A DNA stretch of 48,220 nucleotides from Clostridia bacterium (GTDB lineage Bacteria; Bacillota; Clostridia; Christensenellales; Aristaeellaceae): NCBI GenBank assembly GCA_017410445.1, contig JAFQQU010000010.1:1-48220 (forward strand), read 5' to 3'. Made by a program: the position numbers and the translations under genes. Position 1 is the stretch's first letter. Each line of letters starts with the position of its first letter. A model generated the notes under the pieces. The model made no database searches. It was not told the DNA's origin and saw only the letters and a program-made list of their open reading frames with translations. Shown here piece by piece: positions 42,756 through 48,220 of the stretch.

Positions 42756-44534
42756 ATGGAGAAAATGTGCTATCGCTGCCTGCAGGAGACGATCAAGAAA
42801 GGCCGCTGCACCGCATGCGGCGCTCCCGAGGTCAGCCGATCGGAAAACGATAGCGAACTGCTGCCGCTGGGCACTTTGCTGGACGACGGCAGCATCATCG
42901 TCGGAGACTGTCTGGGCCGCGGCGGCTTCGGATCGACCTACATCGCGCGCGATCTGAAGAACAAGACGCTCATCGCGTTGAAGGAGTTCGCTCCGCGCCA
43001 TATGATGCTTGAACGGCAGGGTCTGGATATCCGGATCATGCCGGACAAGCAGCAGGTGTACGAAAAGTCGCTGGCCAGCTTTCGGCGCGAATCAAAACTG
43101 CTTGGAAAATTGAACCATCCCAATATTGTGCGCGTCTATTTTGATATGGACGAGAATAACACTGCGTATTACGGCATGGAACTGCTGCAAGGCAAGGATC
43201 TGAGGCAATGGACCGACGGCCGGCTCCCTCTTCAGCCCCAAGAGGCGTTCGATCTGCTGTATCCGGTCATGGACGCTCTGAATTATCTCCATAAGGAAAA
43301 GAACACGCTGCACAGAGACATCAGCCCGGACAATATCTTCATCCGGACGGGCGATCAGTATCCCGGCGGAATATCGCCCTGTCTGATCGACTTCGGCGCG
43401 GCCTACACCGCCATGAACGACTTCACGCAGAGCGCGCCCGGCGTCAAGAAGAGCGGATTTTCGCCGCTGGAGCAGAACTGGGACCGCTCCCTTCAGGGCA
43501 GCTATACCGACGTATATGCCTTCGGAGCGACCTTCTATTACCTGATCACCGGCCAGATTCCGCCGCCTTCGACCGACCGGAGGCAGGACAACGATATTCT
43601 CAAGGCGCCCAGCAGCTTCAATCCCGGCATTTCGCCGGAGCTGGACCGCGCCGTGCTGCATTCGATGGCGCTCCGGCCGCAGGACCGCGTTCAGAACATG
43701 AAGCAGTTCATCTATGAAGTGGGCGCTGCGCTGAACGCCGAGAAAGGGCCTGCGGTCATGGACGATTCCAAGGTGATCGGCGGAGAGGATGAACCGCCCC
43801 GGAGAAAAGACGGAAAGCGGGAGACTGCGCATCTGCTGGCGTCTGCTGTGGACTGGGCGCTGTTCTATCTGCTTCCGACGCTGCTGCTGTCGGCAGTTTC
43901 GCCGGTGCTGGGGATTGTTTTGGGATTCATCCTGATGACGGGCGTCGGCATCATCTGCTGCAGCCTGCCCGGATGCGCAACGCCGGGACAGCGGCTCATG
44001 AAGATTCGCCTTGTGGGCTTGTATTCGATCGGCAATCTGATCTGCTACAGCCTGCTGCGGGCGCTGGTCCCGCTGGCGCTGGCCGATGAGATTGCAGCCA
44101 TGATTCAGGGAAGCAGACGCTCCCGCATCGAGCAGATGACCCGGATTGCAGCCATCTCGACGCACGGTCTGGCTCAGGATATCCCCCACCCGCCGATCGG
44201 TCATCGGTCTGTCTGGGCGATCGAAAATCAGGCGAGCCTGTACTGCCTGTCGGGCCTTATGAAGGGAAAGAGCATTGTGCTGATCAGGATGCATGTATTC
44301 GGACGGGATTCCGATCAGGCGACGTTTCTGTTCCCCTCCGCAGACCTGTCCATCAGCCACAGACACTGCATGATCTTCTTCCAGGACGGCGGATGGTATA
44401 TCAAGGATCTGGGCTCGCGCAACGGAACGTTTGTCAACGGCAAACGGCTCGGCGAAGGACAGACGTCCGACCGCCTGAACAGCGGCGATCAGATCCGGAT
44501 CGGCGAGGAGATTCTCGTTTTCAAATTATCTTAG
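42756..44534 (+). CDS. Zn-ribbon - Hanks Ser/Thr kinase - RDD-like membrane domain - FHA domain
   Basis: Zn-ribbon CYRC...CTACG. Kinase motifs GRGGFGSTY, IALKEF, HRDISPDNIFI and DFGAAY. RDD-like AVDWALFYLLP...CATPGQRLMKIRLVG. Canonical FHA FGRDSDQATFLFPSADLSISHRHCMIFFQDGGWYIKDLGSRNGTFVNGKRL. Confidence 0.85.
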   Translation: MEKMCYRCLQETIKKGRCTACGAPEVSRSENDSELLPLGTLLDDGSIIVGDCLGRGGFGSTYIARDLKNKTLIALKEFAPRHMMLERQGLDIRIMPDKQQVYEKSLASFRRESKLLGKLNHPNIVRVYFDMDENNTAYYGMELLQGKDLRQWTDGRLPLQPQEAFDLLYPVMDALNYLHKEKNTLHRDISPDNIFIRTGDQYPGGISPCLIDFGAAYTAMNDFTQSAPGVKKSGFSPLEQNWDRSLQGSYTDVYAFGATFYYLITGQIPPPSTDRRQDNDILKAPSSFNPGISPELDRAVLHSMALRPQDRVQNMKQFIYEVGAALNAEKGPAVMDDSKVIGGEDEPPRRKDGKRETAHLLASAVDWALFYLLPTLLLSAVSPVLGIVLGFILMTGVGIICCSLPGCATPGQRLMKIRLVGLYSIGNLICYSLLRALVPLALADEIAAMIQGSRRSRIEQMTRIAAISTHGLAQDIPHPPIGHRSVWAIENQASLYCLSGLMKGKSIVLIRMHVFGRDSDQATFLFPSADLSISHRHCMIFFQDGGWYIKDLGSRNGTFVNGKRLGEGQTSDRLNSGDQIRIGEEILVFKLS

Positions 44535-44546
44535 GAGGATACGCCA

Positions 44547-46109
44547 GTGAAAAAGTTTTTTTCGGTACTGCTTGCGGTTATTCTGTGCTTTGCGCTGTCC
44601 GGCGTCAGCATGGCGGAGCCCGGAGAGCTGCTGAGCATTCAGAGTATTGCCATTAACGATGACCGCACCATTGAGATGCAGTTCTACAGCGCTGCGTCCG
44701 AGACGCTGCAGCCGTCTGATCTGACCCTTACGCTGGACAATGATGAGCTGGCGGTGGACACCGTATTCGGCCATAGCACGGTCGGAATGGGCACCTCCTG
44801 GCTCTTCCTGGTGGATACGTCCACCGTTTCGACCCGCTCCGGCGACGAACCGGTCAAAGCGCTGCTCAACGGCCTGATTGGAGGCATCGGCGAGAAGGAC
44901 AATGCGGCGATTCTGTCCACCGGCGTTGAACTGGACGGCATCGAGCTGGTCGAAAACAAGAAGACCCTTGAAAACATGATCGATTCTCTTCTGAAGTCCG
45001 ATCCGGCCAAGCTGAACGCGACCATCAACACCGCGCTGGACTTCCTGAAGAAGAACGAGGACGTTCTCGCTCGCTCCTGCGTGGTCATCATCTCCAACGG
45101 CGAGAACATCGATGCGGATGAGGCGGAACTGAAGAAGCTGCAGAACGCCGTTGCCAAATCCGGCGCGACCGTACACACCGTTTCCTTCGCCAGAAATTAT
45201 GCCAGCAAGGATGCGCTGAGCTGCTATGCCTCCATTTCCGCGGCCAGCATCGGCGGCCTGAATTTCCAGGCCGAAATCAAGCCCAAGGAGGAAATCGTCG
45301 CCGGCATGGCCGAGCAGATTTTCGCCAATGAACAGCTTTTCCGCACGCTGAAGACCCAGCCTGTTCCGGAAAACGTCGACGGCTCCAAGCTGACCCTGAC
45401 TCTGAATGCGTCGGGCGTTCAGGGCGTATACACCCTCACCGCCGGCGAACAGCTGAACCTGAGAATGAGCCGCCCGCTCCCGAGCGAAAAGCCTACCCAG
45501 AAGCCCACCATTGATCCGACCGCCGATCCGACCGCCGATCCGACCGCCGATCCGACCGCCGATCCGACCGTAGCGCCGACCGACGGTCCTATTCCCGATC
45601 CCGATCCTGATGATTATCTGGTTTATGTGCTGATCGGCGTGGGCGCCATTGCCCTGTGCGCGGTCATCATCATGATCAACGCGGTCCGCAAGGGCAGAAA
45701 GCAGAAAGACGTCGTCGTACCGCCCGCACCGATCGATCCGGTCGGTCCGCCGGATGAACCGGACGGCCCTGTTGAGCCGGAGAAGCCGGAGAAGACCGGC
45801 AAGATCCGCGTCATGCTGACGCTCCTCGATTCGAACCGCGACGCGGTCTATACCGCGGACATGGTAAGCGAGCTGCTGGTCGGACGCGATATGACCAGCG
45901 TCAAGCTCCTCCTGCCGTCGGACGACCTGAAGATTTCCGGCACGCATCTGGTCCTGCGCTACATCCAGGGCACCATGTTCGTGGAGGACCTGAGCCGCAA
46001 CGGCACGAGCGTCAACGGCCAGCGGATTCAGAAGCTGACCAAGCTGCGCCAGCACGACGTCCTGACCATGGGCGTCAGCCGCTTCCGCATCACGTGGGTC
46101 GAAGAATAA
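44547..46109 (+). CDS. vWA-like ectodomain - PT stalk - TM - cytoplasmic FHA domain
   Basis: Signal peptide MKKFFSVLLAVILCFALSGVSMA. vWA-like strand/motif pattern WLFLVDTSTVS...AILSTG...NATINTAL...VVIISNGEN. (PTAD)4 stalk. TM helix YVLIGVGAIALCAVIIMINAV. FHA VGRDMTSVKLLLPSDDLKISGTHLVLRY...VEDLSRNGTSVNGQRI. Confidence 0.75.
   Translation: MKKFFSVLLAVILCFALSGVSMAEPGELLSIQSIAINDDRTIEMQFYSAASETLQPSDLTLTLDNDELAVDTVFGHSTVGMGTSWLFLVDTSTVSTRSGDEPVKALLNGLIGGIGEKDNAAILSTGVELDGIELVENKKTLENMIDSLLKSDPAKLNATINTALDFLKKNEDVLARSCVVIISNGENIDADEAELKKLQNAVAKSGATVHTVSFARNYASKDALSCYASISAASIGGLNFQAEIKPKEEIVAGMAEQIFANEQLFRTLKTQPVPENVDGSKLTLTLNASGVQGVYTLTAGEQLNLRMSRPLPSEKPTQKPTIDPTADPTADPTADPTADPTVAPTDGPIPDPDPDDYLVYVLIGVGAIALCAVIIMINAVRKGRKQKDVVVPPAPIDPVGPPDEPDGPVEPEKPEKTGKIRVMLTLLDSNRDAVYTADMVSELLVGRDMTSVKLLLPSDDLKISGTHLVLRYIQGTMFVEDLSRNGTSVNGQRIQKLTKLRQHDVLTMGVSRFRITWVEE
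45513..45572 (+). repeat. Tandem 12-bp coding repeat GATCCGACCGCC x4 (+1 imperfect)
   Basis: Units start at 45513, 45525, 45537, 45549 and 45561, encoding DPTADPTADPTADPTADPTV. Confidence 0.9.
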
Positions 46110-46128
46110 GCCGCATAAGCAAAAGATA

Positions 46129-46168
46129 CCGTGCGGGAAGCCGATGGATGGCTTCCCGCACGGTTTTT
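46129..46168 (+). terminator. Strong Rho-independent terminator closing unit B
   Basis: CCGTGCGGGAAGCC-gatggat-GGCTTCCCGCACGG forms a 14-bp perfect stem, followed by TTTTT. Confidence 0.9.
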
Positions 46169-46441
46169 GCATGAGGCCGGGCGCGTTTTCCGGGTGGAGT
46201 GCTGAATATGACTGCCGAAGACTATTTTCGGAAAACGGGTGGCAATTCGGAGCGGTCATGGTATAATGAGATCACGAACGAGAGAAGGGAAACGCCAGCA
46301 TATTTGCCAATCCCTTTGGAGACGGCGCCAATCCGCCGGGGCGTTTCCTGCGGCGCGAACAATATCGATGCCGCCATTTCTGGGGCATCGCGGGCCTGTT
46401 TATCGTGATGCCGCTGCTGACTCATTGATGAGGTGAATATT

Positions 46442-47059
46442 ATGAATGAATACGACAAGCTCCATTCGGGCGACATCTACGCGCCCGGCGACGAGACCAT
46501 TCTTTCCGAGCAGTTCCGGCTGCTTGAGAAGCTGTACGACTTCAACGCGACCCGCCCGGGCGAGATGGACAGGCGGATGAGCCTCATGAAGGAGATGTTC
46601 GCCGAGGTCGGCGAGAACTGCTATATCGAGCCGCCGCTTCATTCCAACTGGGCCGGTCATCACACGCATCTGGGCAATAATGTGTATGCCAACTTCAACC
46701 TCACGCTGGTGGACGACACCCACATCTACATCGGCGACAGCACCATGCTGGGCCCGAACGTCGTTCTGGCGACCGGCGGCCATCCGGTTCTGCCGGAGCT
46801 GCGCGAGCAGGGCATGCAGTTCAATATGCCCATCCATATCGGGCGCAACTGCTGGCTGGGCGCGGGCGTCATCGTCCTGCCCGGCGTGACCATCGGCGAT
46901 AACTCGGTCATCGGCGCGGGCAGCGTCGTGACGAGGGATATCCCGGCGAACGTGGTTGCGGTCGGCAATCCCTGCCGCGTGATGCGCCCCATCGGCGAGA
47001 AGGACCGCGAAACCTATTTCCGCGGCCGGCCGATTGATCCTTCGCTTCTTAAGAAGTAA
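46442..47059 (+). CDS. maa: Sugar O-acetyltransferase (maltose/galactoside acetyltransferase family, hexapeptide repeat)
   Basis: N-terminal Mac-type region LHSGDIYAPGDETILSEQFRLLEKLYDFN. Left-handed beta-helix hexapeptides IGDSTMLGPNVVL, IGRNCWLGAGVIVLPGVTIGDNSVIGAGSVV and VAVGNPCRVMR. A GAGGTG RBS precedes ATG 46442. Confidence 0.8.
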   Translation: MNEYDKLHSGDIYAPGDETILSEQFRLLEKLYDFNATRPGEMDRRMSLMKEMFAEVGENCYIEPPLHSNWAGHHTHLGNNVYANFNLTLVDDTHIYIGDSTMLGPNVVLATGGHPVLPELREQGMQFNMPIHIGRNCWLGAGVIVLPGVTIGDNSVIGAGSVVTRDIPANVVAVGNPCRVMRPIGEKDRETYFRGRPIDPSLLKK

Positions 47060-47080
47060 AGACTCCGCCAAAACGCTCGG

Positions 47081-47125
47081 CTCCCCGTCTCCGTTCAATC
47101 CGGAGGCGGGGAGTTCTTGCTGTTT
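47081..47125 (+). terminator. Rho-independent terminator
   Basis: CTCCCCGTCTCCG-ttcaatc-CGGAGGCGGGGAG followed by TTCTTGCTGTTTCC. Confidence 0.7.
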
Positions 47126-47264
47126 CCGAAGGGCTGAGCAGACACAGGGCTGTTGATTTCTATCATAATTCGATGTATAATCAAATTACTTCACAGCGGA
47201 TATTTGTCCGCACTGTGTCGGCGCAGCACATGAACATAAATACATGATGACAGGAGGCGGAAAG

Positions 47265-48220
47265 ATGAAGGACAGGACTATGAAAATGTTGGCTATACTG
47301 ATGATTGCAGCGGCTCTTGTCTGTCTGCCTATGGCGAGCTATGCGGAAGCGGTGGCCACAGGACAAACAGAGAACGCTGAGAGATTCATCAGTATGGAGG
47401 AAGGAAGCCGCGTGCAGGCTGATGCGTCAGTCGGCGAGCACATCCGGCTGACCCCGGTCTTCCTGACGGCGGTGAAATCATGGAAAACTTCCGATGAGAA
47501 GATTGCGTCCGTCGATCAGAACGGCCTCGTTATCGTAAAGGCAGAGGGAACGGTCACCATCACTGTGACTCCGGTCGACGGAGATCGTGCGAAGCTGAAG
47601 ATCAAGGCAGTCGATCCGTACAAGCCGGAGAAGATAGAGCTGGAGCAGAGCGGAACGCTGGTGCTGAACAAGGGGGAGACGCTGCAGCTGAGCGCCGGGA
47701 TGGAGCCCGCGACGGCGAAGAGCGATCTGACATGGAGCAGTTCGAGGAGCAAATATGCGGCGGTTGACGCAAACGGCGCTGTGACCGGCCATGCGGAAGG
47801 CACTGCGACGATTACGGTTCAGACATATAACGGCAAGAAGGACACTGTCAAGATCAAAGTAGTCGATCCGTACAAGCCGGAGAAGATAGAGCTGGAGCAG
47901 AGCGGAACGCTGTTGCTGAACAAGGGGGAGACGCTGCAGCTGAGCGCCGGGATGGAGCCCGCGACGGCGAAGAGCGATCTGACCTGGAGCAGTTCGAGGA
48001 GCAAATATGCGTTGGTTGACGCAAACGGCGCTGTGACCGGCCATGCGGAGGGCACGGCGGAAATCACGGTCCGGACATATAACGGAAAGAAGGACACTGT
48101 CAAGATTAAGGTGGTCGATCCGTATAAGCCGGAGAAGATAGAGCTGGAGCAGAGCGGAACGCTGGTGCTTGGCAGGGGCGAAACCCTGCAGCTGAGCGCC
48201 GGGATGGAGCCCGCGACGGC
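47265..48220 (+). CDS. Secreted Big_2 (bacterial Ig-like) repeat protein, 5' part only; it runs off the window and is absent from the ORF track
   Basis: A GGAGG RBS lies 7 nt before ATG 47265, and the frame stays open to the window end. Signal peptide MKDRTMKMLAILMIAAALVCLPMASYA. Repeated units read PEKIELEQSGTLVLNKGETLQLSAGMEPATAKSDLTWSSSRSKYAAVDANGAVTGHAEGTATITV. Confidence 0.8.
   Translation, partial: MKDRTMKMLAILMIAAALVCLPMASYAEAVATGQTENAERFISMEEGSRVQADASVGEHIRLTPVFLTAVKSWKTSDEKIASVDQNGLVIVKAEGTVTITVTPVDGDRAKLKIKAVDPYKPEKIELEQSGTLVLNKGETLQLSAGMEPATAKSDLTWSSSRSKYAAVDANGAVTGHAEGTATITVQTYNGKKDTVKIKVVDPYKPEKIELEQSGTLLLNKGETLQLSAGMEPATAKSDLTWSSSRSKYALVDANGAVTGHAEGTAEITVRTYNGKKDTVKIKVVDPYKPEKIELEQSGTLVLGRGETLQLSAGMEPAT
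47610..48220 (+). repeat. Tandem 252-bp coding repeats (one Ig-like domain each), at least 2.4 copies
   Basis: GTCGATCCGTA(C/T)AAGCCGGAGAAGATAGAGCTGGAGCAGAGCGG starts at 47610, 47862 and 48114. The copies differ at only a handful of positions. Confidence 0.9.

Noticed and set aside
1-46168. Reading the kinase/FHA/LRR island as an anti-phage defence system because it shares a window with CRISPR-Cas
   Set aside because: About 14 kb of ordinary sugar and housekeeping genes separate it from the CRISPR locus. It has no nuclease, NTPase, TIR, Sir2 or abortive-infection-type effector. Most products are exported or wall-anchored, so envelope sensing or adhesion fits better. Defence cannot be excluded without neighbourhood statistics.

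Overview
This 48.2-kb window looks like a moderately GC-rich Clostridia-type Firmicute; that taxonomy is an inference from AGGAGG-type RBSs, gene content and lipobox/signal peptides. It divides into three parts. (1) 1-1.8 kb holds the 3' end of a type II-A-like CRISPR-Cas locus: the Cas9 C-terminus, a cas1 stump of about 59 codons, an intact leader and a 6-repeat/5-spacer array. cas2 and csn2 are absent. (2) 1.8-13.7 kb holds ordinary carbohydrate and housekeeping genes: a membrane AraC-type regulator, two ABC permeases plus a solute-binding protein, an alkaline-phosphatase-superfamily/LamG protein, a thioredoxin/DsbD-like membrane protein, a serine hydrolase, RhaM and a D-lyxose-isomerase-type cupin. 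(3) 14.3-46.2 kb is the interesting part. A membrane-embedded LuxR-type regulator is divergent from about 20 co-directional, tightly packed genes in two transcription units. Unit A (15688-23430) encodes two tiny double Zn-ribbon proteins, a PG-binding protein, a lipoprotein, an LRR_5/BspA-type surface protein, a Zn-ribbon membrane protein and an SPFH protein with four Zn-ribbons. Unit B (23958-46109) encodes an LRR-ectodomain Ser/Thr receptor kinase, two PP2C phosphatases and three giant DUF285-LRR wall proteins with PG-binding tails. It also encodes a trypsin-fold protease-TM-FHA protein, an FHA-only protein, a Zn-ribbon-kinase-RDD-FHA protein and a vWA-like-TM-FHA protein. I do not recognise this combination as a described system. 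I read it as a trans-envelope phospho-signalling/adhesion module. The right edge carries a sugar O-acetyltransferase and the start of a Big_2-repeat surface protein. The many long minus-strand ORFs in the track are antisense shadows of GC-rich genes and are rejected.
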